Positions 10,101 through 18,274 of a DNA stretch of 64,000 bases are shown piece after piece. The stretch comes from Congzhengia sp. Lineage in GTDB: Bacteria; Bacillota; Clostridia; UBA1381; UBA9506. The stretch spans positions 1 to 64,000 of the forward strand of contig JAZNGT010000038.1 of the NCBI GenBank assembly GCA_045576635.1. Direction: 5' to 3'. Both the position numbers and the translations under genes were made by a program. The notes beneath the pieces are model-generated. The model did not search any database. It had not been told where the DNA came from and saw only the letters and a program-made list of their open reading frames with translations. How positions within the stretch are numbered: the first letter of the stretch is position 1; the number at the start of each line of letters is the position of its first letter.

Positions 10101-11142
10101 TGTAGCGGATGGCACAACCATCAATGCAGGCGACTTCTTCGAATATGCAATTGATGCTACAAATGCTTACTACACCGCATTGGCACTCAAAGATGGCGGA
10201 TTTGCTTTCGTAGATGTTTCAGATGCAACAATAAACGGTTTTGCAGCACCGATTGACGTAACCACTCTGGAAATGAATCAGATTGCAGTAGCAGTACTTG
10301 GTGCAAATACGAGCATGCAGGCAAATGCAGCAGGTCATGCATACATCAAAGATCAGATCGTAAAAGCACTTACCTGCGATTACAGCGCATATGAACAACT
10401 CGATGCAGACTACCATAATATCGTATGTGCAATTTGCGGAGATGTTAAAGGCACAGAAGCACACGAATTTGTTGATACAACATGTACAAAGTGCGGTTAC
10501 ACCAAGGAAGTTACACCCGAACCCGATCCGGACCCGACTCCGACACCTGTAGGACCCACCGGCGGTTTTGGCGGTGGCAGCAAGCCGGCATATAAACTTC
10601 CGTTTACAGACGTAAGCAAAGATGCATGGTATTATGAAAATGTTAAAATCGTAGCAGAAAAAGGCTTGATGAACGGTATTTCTGCAACGACATTTGCTCC
10701 GAACGCAACACTCACAAGAGGTATGTTCGTAACAATTCTTTACAGAGTAGAAGGTACACCGAAAGCAGCAGGTACAACTGCATTTACAGATGTAGCAGCA
10801 GGTCAGTACTATGCAGATGCAGTTGCATGGGCAAATGCAAACGGTATTGTAAAAGGTATCTCTGAAACAGAATTTGCTCCTAATGCAGAAATAACACGTG
10901 AGCAGATGGCAGCAATGATTGCAAGATACGTTGCATACAAGAACGTTTCTGTAAAAGGCGATGCAGCTTCTTATACAGACGAAGCTACAATTGCTGAATA
11001 CGCAAAAGAAGCTGTAGAAATCGCAAACAAACTCGGCGTTCTTATCGGAAATGACGACGGTACATTCGCACCGAAACGTAACACCACAAGAGCAGAAGCC
11101 GCAACATTGTTTGTAAGACTTCTTGGCGTACTTGAAAAATAA
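7147..11142 (+). CDS. 1331-aa S-layer-anchored surface protein with an N-terminal SGNH/GDSL hydrolase domain, a second degenerate SGNH-like domain, a Cys-rich module and three C-terminal SLH domains
   Basis: Signal peptide MKKQHFGRALIACMLSVVMLLGMCATTFAVPA. GDSL block I is YVSLGDSMTNGY and block V is DGMSVHP. An A/E-rich helical region follows. The second domain shows GGDTAFG. Then comes CAICGDVKG..CTKCGYT, a PEPDPDPTPTP linker, and three SLH repeats (FTDVSKDAWYYENV.., FTDVAAGQYYADAV.., ASYTDEATIAEYAKEAV..). It sits 30 nt downstream of the ligase gene with no terminator between. Confidence 0.7.
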   Translation: MKKQHFGRALIACMLSVVMLLGMCATTFAVPAAGGDTINYVSLGDSMTNGYCFDGYNQGDDLADFINQNDNGVYGDAAYPELIAEWLEETYSTVNHTRLAPSAMRAEDLLYLLGGVNEPADDWYGQVENYTNCSDYEALSQFFTESVEEADLITMGIGNASFGAFLLQHVTDAIGVMGNAPDIDPDITLANALAMLDAEQQGVVMQAYEYLAEELGKYISYEMAAEFNIPAVLDITAYTAASFILNYKGVIERIVELNPDVEIILVGLMNTTYGMTITADGMDPIPFGDIMDSVFGILNAYIAGLPAALQAAGNFEDAEFYYADIDEIEFIVQKFDDLKEADWASLDGLSGYTVRSRTIKSFNGSLLPLISGAFSDYLNSTFAGLLGAYYDGCFADGLPAATIEDIETFEGLTFGGTTDDWMTAIGAGLSLDETTSAAIYLAVEDALAASVGEMNIPLDDLMSIAGSLSGIFEGLDVDGSSPAILREGLATYLSAPEFVPLCKIYSLFKIGDGMSVHPTPVAHAELAENIIAAYEEGHTALDETIENAKEAFEIAKDFILDYVDEAYAEAYTKADEAGYIADAEAAIDTAIAAVLALDVSEIEMTDAFKALLEEEVMAVVATLQEAKAALNEDKAASVSGAIDAVAALGDDLFTHLAGAGALLDQAGFDIETLVVPVVDAYVDSLLQTAKDYLPDITIDDIKDALGGYVDGIKEKVDNYLDEIKNEANDYVNDLKADALKALANAGHKHYEVVAGSKYVAIGGDTAFGTALTYPNKPYYALVGEAYGIANSAVAEANLVPANALDLITSNAAEIASADLITYQIDASSFIYATLMETADWDKYIDAETRAIIDEVLEETENVLTTNWAAYADAELAELIPQVKAKVLAIVPEEVTEAEAIFDAAIEFAVPYIRNAIAAAETKKNDIVSEIESIDDTVLQYAENLAYAVVAYAVETAKAIEAIETINPDATLLVVGMYNPIQGLQIVADGTTINAGDFFEYAIDATNAYYTALALKDGGFAFVDVSDATINGFAAPIDVTTLEMNQIAVAVLGANTSMQANAAGHAYIKDQIVKALTCDYSAYEQLDADYHNIVCAICGDVKGTEAHEFVDTTCTKCGYTKEVTPEPDPDPTPTPVGPTGGFGGGSKPAYKLPFTDVSKDAWYYENVKIVAEKGLMNGISATTFAPNATLTRGMFVTILYRVEGTPKAAGTTAFTDVAAGQYYADAVAWANANGIVKGISETEFAPNAEITREQMAAMIARYVAYKNVSVKGDAASYTDEATIAEYAKEAVEIANKLGVLIGNDDGTFAPKRNTTRAEAATLFVRLLGVLEK

Positions 11143-11159
11143 TTATAAAAAATGTTTTT

Positions 11160-11194
11160 TACGGTGAACCCTTATGGGTTCACCGTTTTTTTTA
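11160..11194 (+). terminator. rho-independent terminator
   Basis: CGGTGAACCC-TTAT-GGGTTCACCG followed by TTTTTTTTT. Confidence 0.7.
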
Positions 11195-11287
11195 TGTGGA
11201 AATTTTAACATCTGGCGTTTGCTTTTGTAATAAAACAGGGTTTAAAAATAAAAAAACAAAGAAAAAACAAAGAAAACACAAAAAAAG

Positions 11288-11316
11288 GCTTGCTTTTTTC
11301 TGTGTTTTCTTGTATA
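11288..11316 (+). promoter_or_regulatory. sigma70-type promoter for the aldolase gene
   Basis: TTGCTT - 17 nt - TATAAT. A palindrome TTGACGctttcgattttttgcaaaagaCGTCAA lies downstream in the 5'UTR. Confidence 0.45.
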
Positions 11317-11383
11317 ATAGAGAATAGAAAGGTTTGACGCTTTCGATTTTTTGCAAAAGACGTCAAAAAAGGAGGACACATAC

Positions 11384-12316
11384 ATGTTAGTCAATATGAA
11401 TGAAGTATTACGCCCCGCTAAGCAGGGTCATTATGCGATTGGTCTTTTTAACGCAGTCAATTTAGAACTTGCGCGCGGTATTTTAAATGCAGCAGAATCT
11501 ACACGTTCGCCGGTTATTATGGGTACGGCCGAAGTTTTGCTTCCGTACGGCCCGTTAGAAGAAGTTTCTTATTATTTGATTCCGATGGCAAAAAAAGCAT
11601 CGGTTCCCGTTGTTGTACATTTAGACCACGGTCTTTCGTATGACACCTGTATTCAGGCGTTAAAATTAGGTTTCAGTTCCATTATGTACGATTGCTCGAC
11701 AGATTCTTACGAAGAAAATGTGCGCAAAGTAAAAGAAATGGCAGACATTGCACATTCTTACGGCGCAACCATCGAAGGCGAACTCGGTCACGTAGGCGAT
11801 AACGAAGGTTCCGCAGAAGGCAGCAGCCATTTGGCAGATCCCTCCAAATTCTTTACAGATCCCAAACTTGCAAAGGATTTTGTTGACAAAACCGGCGTTG
11901 ACGCACTCGCAATTGCCGTAGGTAACGCACACGGTGCTTATAAACTTCCGCCGAAACTCGACTTTGAACGTATTCGCACCATCGCAAAAGCCGTTGATGT
12001 GCCGCTCGTACTGCACGGTGGTTCCGGTCTTACGGATAACGACTTCCGTCAGGCAATCAAAGACGGTATCAGCAAGGTTAACATCTTTACCGATATTAAC
12101 GTTGCAGCAGTTGAGGCAGAATTTAAAAAGTTCTCCAGCATGGAAAAAGGTCTTATCGACTTGATTCCTGCCGCTGTTGAAGCCGTAAAACAGGAGAGTA
12201 TGAAGAAAATGAAACTTTTCTCAAGTGACGGCAAAGCAGGCGAAGCACCTTCTGCAAGCATTGAAGAAATCACAAGACTCGTTGCAAAAGAAGTTGCAAA
12301 ATACATGAATAAATAA
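11384..12316 (+). CDS. fba: class II fructose-1,6-bisphosphate (ketose-bisphosphate) aldolase
   Basis: AAGGAGG RBS. N-terminus MLVNMNEVL..GHYAIGLFN..SPVIMGTAE and Zn-binding HLDHG and LVLHGGSG are collinear with Bacillus FbaA. Monocistronic, with its own promoter and terminator. Confidence 0.75.
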   Translation: MLVNMNEVLRPAKQGHYAIGLFNAVNLELARGILNAAESTRSPVIMGTAEVLLPYGPLEEVSYYLIPMAKKASVPVVVHLDHGLSYDTCIQALKLGFSSIMYDCSTDSYEENVRKVKEMADIAHSYGATIEGELGHVGDNEGSAEGSSHLADPSKFFTDPKLAKDFVDKTGVDALAIAVGNAHGAYKLPPKLDFERIRTIAKAVDVPLVLHGGSGLTDNDFRQAIKDGISKVNIFTDINVAAVEAEFKKFSSMEKGLIDLIPAAVEAVKQESMKKMKLFSSDGKAGEAPSASIEEITRLVAKEVAKYMNK

Positions 12317-12323
12317 GTTTTTA

Positions 12324-12358
12324 AAAGGCTGTGCTTAAATAATGCACAGCCTTTTTTG
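12324..12358 (+). terminator. rho-independent terminator
   Basis: AAGGCTGTGC-TTAAATAA-TGCACAGCCTT followed by TTTTTG. Confidence 0.7.
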
Positions 12359-12376
12359 TGTCTCAAAAGAGTGTGG

Positions 12377-12405
12377 CTTGCAAAAGTGCACATTTTATGA
12401 TACAA
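12377..12405 (+). promoter_or_regulatory. sigma70-type promoter
   Basis: TTGCAA - 17 nt - TACAAT upstream of the SDR gene. Confidence 0.45.
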
Positions 12406-12440
12406 TTTATAGTGATAGCGTTTTTTAAAGAGGTGAGACC

Positions 12441-13157
12441 ATGTTCGATTTTAAAGGAAAAGTTGCCGTTGTAACGGGTGGCGCCGGGGGCATCGGAAAA
12501 CGTATTGCGGAAGATTTTTCAGCGTGTGGTGCCAATGTTTGCGTTATCGATATAAAAGAAAACGATTATTTTCAGGGCGACTTAAAGGACAAAGAAACGC
12601 TTGAACGCTTTAAAGATAGGGTTATCAAAGACTATGGCGGCGTTGATTTTTTAATCAACAATGCGGCGCCTTATATGGCAGGTATCGAAAACTGTACCTA
12701 CGAGGAATTTGAATATGCGCTAAAAGTCGGCGTTACTGCACCTTTTTACCTTTCCAAGCTGTTTATGCCTTATTTTAAACAAGGTGCTAGCATTGTAAAC
12801 ATCTCATCATCGAGGGACAGAATGAGTCAACCCCAAACAGAAAGTTATACAGCGGCAAAAGGTGGTATTTCTGCGCTTACGCACGCTTTGTCTGTTAGCC
12901 TTGCAGGAAAGGTAAGAGTAAATTCCGTATCGCCCGGATGGATTGACACAGACTACAAAGTGTATGACGGCGCCGATAGCATACAGCAGCCTGTCGCGAG
13001 AGTAGGAAACCCTTATGACATTTCCAATATGGTGCTTTATTTGTGCTCGGACCTCTCGGGCTTTATCACGGGCGAAAACATTTGCATCGACGGCGGTATG
13101 ACAAAACAGATGATTTATCACGGCGACTTTGGATGGTCGCTTGATGTGAAAGAATAA
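12441..13157 (+). CDS. classical SDR-family oxidoreductase
   Basis: TGGAGGIGK Rossmann motif, NNAA, and catalytic YTAAKGG (YxxxK). 238 aa. Confidence 0.75.
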   Translation: MFDFKGKVAVVTGGAGGIGKRIAEDFSACGANVCVIDIKENDYFQGDLKDKETLERFKDRVIKDYGGVDFLINNAAPYMAGIENCTYEEFEYALKVGVTAPFYLSKLFMPYFKQGASIVNISSSRDRMSQPQTESYTAAKGGISALTHALSVSLAGKVRVNSVSPGWIDTDYKVYDGADSIQQPVARVGNPYDISNMVLYLCSDLSGFITGENICIDGGMTKQMIYHGDFGWSLDVKE

Positions 13158-13186
13158 TTGAAAACGATAAGAAAGCAGGGAGTAGT

Positions 13187-14359
13187 ATGAACTGTGTGAA
13201 AAAATTTAATGAAATATATTTGAAGGAGCCCCAGGGCGTTGCGTTTTGTCCGTACCGTGTGTGTCCGGTTGGCGCACACTCTGACCATCAACTTGGAAAA
13301 ATCACCGGATTTGCCATAGATAAGGGCATACACATTGCGTATGGCCCCAAGCAGAACGGTATTATTGAACTTGTGTCGCTCCAGTTTCAGAAGCGCGCAC
13401 AGTTTCACGTGGCAAACGTGCCGAAACAAAAAGAAAACGACTGGGCGGATTACCTTCGCGGCGCGGCCTTGATGCTTTCTAAAAATCATCCTTTGGAAAA
13501 AGGTCTTTGCGGCGTCATTGAAGGTAGTATTCCCATTGGCGGACTTTCTTCATCTGCTGCGGTTATTATCGCGTTTTTGACGGCGCTTTGCAAGGTAAAC
13601 AATCTTTCGATTTCACAGCAGGAACTTATCTTAACGGCACTTCGTGCTGAAAATGAGTACGTTGGCGTTTCCTGCGGAAAACTTGACCAGTCCTGCGAGG
13701 TGTATTCAAAAAAAGACCACCTTTTGTATTTGGACACGAAAGATGATTCATTTGAACTTATCCCCAAAAACCCCGATATGAAGCCGTTTCGGATTGCTGT
13801 ATTTTTCTCGGGTGTTGAAAGGTCACTTGCAGGCTCAAAATTTAATATGCGCGTTGACGAATGCCGTGCTGCTGCGTATGCCCTCAAAGCCTATGCAGGA
13901 CTAGAATACGGAAAGTTTCACGAAACGCATCTTCGCGATGTGCCGAGGGAAGTTTTTGAAACATATAAAGACAAACTTCCGGCTTATTGGCGCATGCGCG
14001 CAACCCACTACTTTACAGAGTTTGAGCGCGTAGAAAAAGCGGCAGAGGCGTGGCGATTGGGCGACATTGAAACCTACGGAAAACTTTCGTTTGAAAGCGG
14101 AAAAAGTTCTATTTATGACTGGGAGACGGGCTCACCCGAACTGAAAAAACTGTATGAAATCATGCTTACGACAGACGGTATTTATGGCGGACGTTTTTCC
14201 GGCGCAGGCTTTAAAGGCTCATGTGTTGCGCTCATTGACCCTGCGTTCGAAGAATCCGTGAAAGAAACGGTAACAAATGCTTACTTAAAAGAATTTCCTG
14301 CGCTTTCTCAAACATTTTCTGTTCATTTTTGTGACACCCACGACGGCGTTACTTTGTAA
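13187..14359 (+). CDS. galactokinase-family GHMP sugar-1-kinase
   Basis: N-terminal galactokinase signature RVCPVGAHSDHQLGKITGFAID. GHMP ATP-binding motif PIGGLSSSAAVIIAF. 390 aa. Confidence 0.7.
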   Translation: MNCVKKFNEIYLKEPQGVAFCPYRVCPVGAHSDHQLGKITGFAIDKGIHIAYGPKQNGIIELVSLQFQKRAQFHVANVPKQKENDWADYLRGAALMLSKNHPLEKGLCGVIEGSIPIGGLSSSAAVIIAFLTALCKVNNLSISQQELILTALRAENEYVGVSCGKLDQSCEVYSKKDHLLYLDTKDDSFELIPKNPDMKPFRIAVFFSGVERSLAGSKFNMRVDECRAAAYALKAYAGLEYGKFHETHLRDVPREVFETYKDKLPAYWRMRATHYFTEFERVEKAAEAWRLGDIETYGKLSFESGKSSIYDWETGSPELKKLYEIMLTTDGIYGGRFSGAGFKGSCVALIDPAFEESVKETVTNAYLKEFPALSQTFSVHFCDTHDGVTL

Positions 14360-14370
14360 GGAGAGATAGT

Positions 14371-15111
14371 ATGATTTGTATGATTCTTGCAGCGGGTTAC
14401 GCAACGCGTCTTTATCCGCTTACCAAAAATTTTCCGAAGTCACTTTTAAAAGTACAGGGAAAAACCATTTTAGACCACCTAACCGACGATTTAGAGGCTG
14501 GCGGTATGATTTCTGAATTTGTAGTGATTTCAAACCACGTGTTTTATCATCATTTTCAAGAATGGGCAGACACAAAGCCTTATAAAATCACCGTGATAGA
14601 CGACGGGACGGAGACGAACGAAACGAGACTCGGCGCCGTAAAGGATATTGAGTTTGCGCTTTCTACGCTCAATGTAAAAGACGATGTGTTTGTAATAGCG
14701 GGCGATAACGTGCTCGATTTTTCATTAAATCGTTTGCTTATCTACGCAAAAGAAAAGGGCACGAGTGCAGTTATGCGCTATTTTGAAGAAGACAGAAAAC
14801 GCCTTACCAAAAGCGGTGTGCTTTCGGTTTCGGGAGACCGGGTTGTCGCTATGGAAGAAAAGCCCGAAGAGCCAAAATCCAACTGGTGCTGTCCGCCGTT
14901 TTATGTTTATAAAAAGGAAGATATTGCGCGTGTCGGTGAGGCAATTAAAGAAGGCTGCGGCGTCGATGCGCCGGGAAGTTTCATCGCGTGGCTTTCGCAA
15001 AAAACAGAAGTCAACGCCATGGAAATGCCCGGAAAGCGTTTTGACATCGGCAATCTCGAAAGTTACGAACGGGTACAGAAAGAGTATCAGGGCATAAAGG
15101 ATGAGGCATAA
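14371..15111 (+). CDS. sugar-1-phosphate nucleotidyltransferase (NTP_transferase family)
   Basis: MILAAGYATRLYPLTKNFPKSLLKV matches the GxGTRL nucleotide-binding signature of sugar-1-phosphate nucleotidyltransferases. 246 aa. Starts 11 nt after the kinase gene. Confidence 0.65.
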   Translation: MICMILAAGYATRLYPLTKNFPKSLLKVQGKTILDHLTDDLEAGGMISEFVVISNHVFYHHFQEWADTKPYKITVIDDGTETNETRLGAVKDIEFALSTLNVKDDVFVIAGDNVLDFSLNRLLIYAKEKGTSAVMRYFEEDRKRLTKSGVLSVSGDRVVAMEEKPEEPKSNWCCPPFYVYKKEDIARVGEAIKEGCGVDAPGSFIAWLSQKTEVNAMEMPGKRFDIGNLESYERVQKEYQGIKDEA

Positions 15112-15140
15112 ACGGTCCGATTATATGGAAAAAAGATTTT

Positions 15141-15170
15141 CTTGAATTTACAGAAAAAATCGTGTATAAT
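15141..15170 (+). promoter_or_regulatory. sigma70-type promoter (extended -10)
   Basis: TTGAAT - 17 nt - TGtATAAT. Confidence 0.5.
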
Positions 15171-15206
15171 GTAATTACATATATAAAATGTAGAGGAGAG
15201 TTTAAC

Positions 15207-16163
15207 ATGAAAAAAATAATTGCAATCGTTCTTGCAGTGTTATGTGTGTTTGCTATGGCAGCATGTGGCGCTGCAGGGACAAAAATGACAATGGGTACAG
15301 GCGGCACATCGGGCACATATTACGGTTACGGCGGCGTGCTCGGTCAGTACATTACAAACAATGCGGGTGTAAATGTTACCGTAGTTTCCACAGACGGTTC
15401 TAAGGCGAACATTCAGGGTATTGATGCCGGCAACTATCAACTCGGTACGGTACAGTCTGACGTTATGGCTTATGCGTGGGAAGGCACACGTTCTTTTGAA
15501 AAAGAAGGAAAAATTGCATCTTTCCGCACCGTTGCAGGTCTTTATGCAGAAGCAGTACAACTTGTTACCATGGACCCTGCAATCAAAAGCGTTTATGATT
15601 TAAAAGGAAAATCTGTTTCTATCGGCGCGCCCGGCTCCGGTGTTTACTTTAACGCAATTGACGTGCTCACCGCAGCAGGTCTTACAGAAAATGATATCAA
15701 AGCACAGTATCAGTCCTTTGCAGACAGTGCAGATGCATTAAAAGACGGTAAAATCGATGCAGCATTTATCGTTGCAGGCGCACCGACACCGGCTATCACA
15801 GAACTTTGCACAACAAACAGTGCATACTTAGTTCCGATTGACGGCGAAATCGCAGAAAAACTTATGGCAGATTGTCCGTTCTATACCGTATATGAAGTTC
15901 CGGCAGGCACATACGCAGGTCAGAAAGAAGCAGTAAAAACCGTTACTGTAAAAGCAACCTTAATTGTAAATGCTGACGCAACAGAAGAGGATGTTTATAA
16001 ACTGACAGCAGCAATTTTTGATAACATCGAAGCAATTACGGCTGAAAATGCAAAAGGTGCAGAACTTAGCCTGGAAAATGCTACAAGCGGTATGATTGTT
16101 CCGTTCCACAAGGGCGCTGCAAAATATTTCGCAGAGAAAAATATTACAGTCGCTGTTGACTAA
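15207..16163 (+). CDS. TAXI-family TRAP transporter solute-binding lipoprotein
   Basis: Lipobox signal MKKIIAIVLAVLCVFAMAACG. GAGGAGAG RBS. Overall similarity to the TAXI/immunogenic protein family (DVMAYAWEG, LVPIDGE). Confidence 0.7.
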   Translation: MKKIIAIVLAVLCVFAMAACGAAGTKMTMGTGGTSGTYYGYGGVLGQYITNNAGVNVTVVSTDGSKANIQGIDAGNYQLGTVQSDVMAYAWEGTRSFEKEGKIASFRTVAGLYAEAVQLVTMDPAIKSVYDLKGKSVSIGAPGSGVYFNAIDVLTAAGLTENDIKAQYQSFADSADALKDGKIDAAFIVAGAPTPAITELCTTNSAYLVPIDGEIAEKLMADCPFYTVYEVPAGTYAGQKEAVKTVTVKATLIVNADATEEDVYKLTAAIFDNIEAITAENAKGAELSLENATSGMIVPFHKGAAKYFAEKNITVAVD

Positions 16164-16235
16164 TGATGTAACTTTTACGGCTGCGGCGCATTTACCGCAG
16201 CCGTTTTGTTTTTTAGAATTTAAGGAGGGAACAGG

Positions 16236-18191
16236 ATGTTATTCGGCAAGAAAAAGACAGCCGCACCTGCTGCCGCTATGGACTTAGACGAGGTTATGAA
16301 AAAATTTGACCGCGAATCGAACGTCAGGGTCTGGGAGGGCATACCAAAGATTTTGGTAAATACGGTGCTCGTGCTCTTTTCTCTTTTTTGTATTTATGTG
16401 ACGCTGTTCGCCAGCTGGCTTGAAGAAATTCGTTTGACTTCGTTCGTGGCATTTATTGTGCTCATTGGTTATTTAATGTATCCCGCCAGAAAAGGCGTGC
16501 AGAAAGTAAATCATATGCCCTGGTACGACGTGCTTTTCATGATCCTCGGCACGGGTGCGTTTTTGTACTATACAAAAAATGCGCTTACGATTATTCAGCA
16601 GGGCAGTAATTTTGAGGTTTACCAGATTATTATAGGTATTGTGGGAATTTTGTCACTTGTTGAGGTTTGCAGACGAAGCGTAGGTCTTCCGATTGTCATT
16701 GTGGCAGGCTGTTTTATCATTTATGCGCTCGTTTGGGGACTTTCCAATCCCACACTTTGGGGCAAACTCAACTACATCGTGCACTATTTGTTCTACGGCA
16801 AAGAGGGTATTTTATCTACGCCAATTAATGTTTGCTCTAAATTTATTGTTGTGTTTATTATTTTCGGCGCGTTTTTGGAGCGCACCGGAATTGCAGATTT
16901 CTTTATTCAGATTTCCAACGCAGTGGTAGGCGGTTTTTCCGGCGGCCCCGCAAAAGTTGCAGTTGTAGCAAGTGCTATGGAGGGCATGGTTTCGGGTTCT
17001 TCTGTTGCCAACACCGTTGGCTCCGGCTCTGTTACCATTCCGCTTATGAAACGCACCGGCTATAAGCCTGAATTTGCCGCAGCGGCAGAGGCTTCTGCTT
17101 CGACTGGTGGCCAGATTATGCCTCCTATTATGGGTGCAGCGGCATTTTTAATGGCAGACTATGTGGGCGTTCCGTACAGTAACATTGTTGTACGTGCCAT
17201 TTTACCCGCAGTGCTTTACTTTGCCGGTATCTTTATTGCCGTGCATTTAGAAGCAAAAAAAGAAGGGTTACGTGGTCTTACAAGAGCAGAACTGCCGCGC
17301 TTTTTGCCACTTTTAAAGAAAATTTATCTTTTGCTTCCTTTGGTACTTTTGATTTATCTTGTCGGCACAAGTCAGCGCTCGATTCAGTATGCAGCGGCGA
17401 TTGCTATTGTTGCAGCAATTGTGGTAAGTCTCTTTAACAAAGAAAACCGCATTACGCCGAAGCGTATTTTTGAAGCGCTCGCCGCGGGTGGTCGGGGTAT
17501 GATTACCGTTGCTGCGGCTTGCGGTGTTGCAGGTATTATTGCAGGTACCATCACGATGACAGGTCTTGCAAATATCATGATTAACGGCATCGTTGCTTTG
17601 GCTGGAAATCAGGTCATTGTAGCACTCTTTTTAACCATGCTTTGCTGTATCGTGCTTGGTATGGGTGTTCCGACAACTGCAAACTATTGTATTATGGCGG
17701 CAACTTGCGCACCGATTCTGGTTCGTATGGGCGTTCCGATTATTGCAGCGCATTTCTTCGTATTCTATTTTGGTATTGTTGCCGATTTAACACCGCCCGT
17801 AGCGCTTGCTGCGTATGCGGGTGCGGCAATTGCACAGGCAAATCCCATGAAAACTGCAATCACGGCAACAAAACTTGCCATTGGCGCATTTATCGTGCCG
17901 TATGTGTTTGCACTAAATCCTGCGATGCTCTTTATTGATACTTCTGCGATGGAGGTTGTTCAGATTTGTATTACCTCTCTGGTTGGTATCTTTGCGGTAT
18001 CGGCATCGCTCGAAGGATATTTGTTGTGCCGTATGCCGTGGTATCAGAGAATTTTAAGTCTTGTTGGCGGTCTTCTTCTCATTTATCCCGGTTTGGTAAC
18101 GGACGTGCTTGGACTTGGTCTTGTAGCAATCGCGATTGTAATGCAGATTTTTACAAAAAAGAACACAACGCATTTAAGACAAGAGGCATAA
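16236..18191 (+). CDS. TAXI-associated TRAP transporter fused permease (DctQ-DctM type)
   Basis: 651-aa polytopic membrane protein immediately downstream of the TAXI binding protein. Conserved TRAP large-permease motifs. Confidence 0.7.
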   Translation: MLFGKKKTAAPAAAMDLDEVMKKFDRESNVRVWEGIPKILVNTVLVLFSLFCIYVTLFASWLEEIRLTSFVAFIVLIGYLMYPARKGVQKVNHMPWYDVLFMILGTGAFLYYTKNALTIIQQGSNFEVYQIIIGIVGILSLVEVCRRSVGLPIVIVAGCFIIYALVWGLSNPTLWGKLNYIVHYLFYGKEGILSTPINVCSKFIVVFIIFGAFLERTGIADFFIQISNAVVGGFSGGPAKVAVVASAMEGMVSGSSVANTVGSGSVTIPLMKRTGYKPEFAAAAEASASTGGQIMPPIMGAAAFLMADYVGVPYSNIVVRAILPAVLYFAGIFIAVHLEAKKEGLRGLTRAELPRFLPLLKKIYLLLPLVLLIYLVGTSQRSIQYAAAIAIVAAIVVSLFNKENRITPKRIFEALAAGGRGMITVAAACGVAGIIAGTITMTGLANIMINGIVALAGNQVIVALFLTMLCCIVLGMGVPTTANYCIMAATCAPILVRMGVPIIAAHFFVFYFGIVADLTPPVALAAYAGAAIAQANPMKTAITATKLAIGAFIVPYVFALNPAMLFIDTSAMEVVQICITSLVGIFAVSASLEGYLLCRMPWYQRILSLVGGLLLIYPGLVTDVLGLGLVAIAIVMQIFTKKNTTHLRQEA

Positions 18192-18274
18192 ATAACAGAT
18201 TACGTAAAACAATAATGGCAGACAGCAAATACGGTTGTCTGCCTTTTGTGTATCAAATGATAAGGGAGTTTGTA

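Noticed and set aside
12807-13887. Minus-strand ORFs antisense to the SDR and GHMP kinase genes (12807..13121, 13118..13489, 13486..13887)
   Set aside because: They are antisense to genes with clear motifs (TGGAGGIGK, PIGGLSSSAA). They have no RBS and are enriched in rare codons.
17966-18274. Upstream 103-codon extension of the SstT-like ORF (ORF track start 17966)
   Set aside because: The extension overlaps the 3' end of the TRAP permease gene in another frame, has no RBS, and its translation is not transporter-like. The internal ATG at 18275 has an AAGGGAG RBS and aligns with SstT N-termini.
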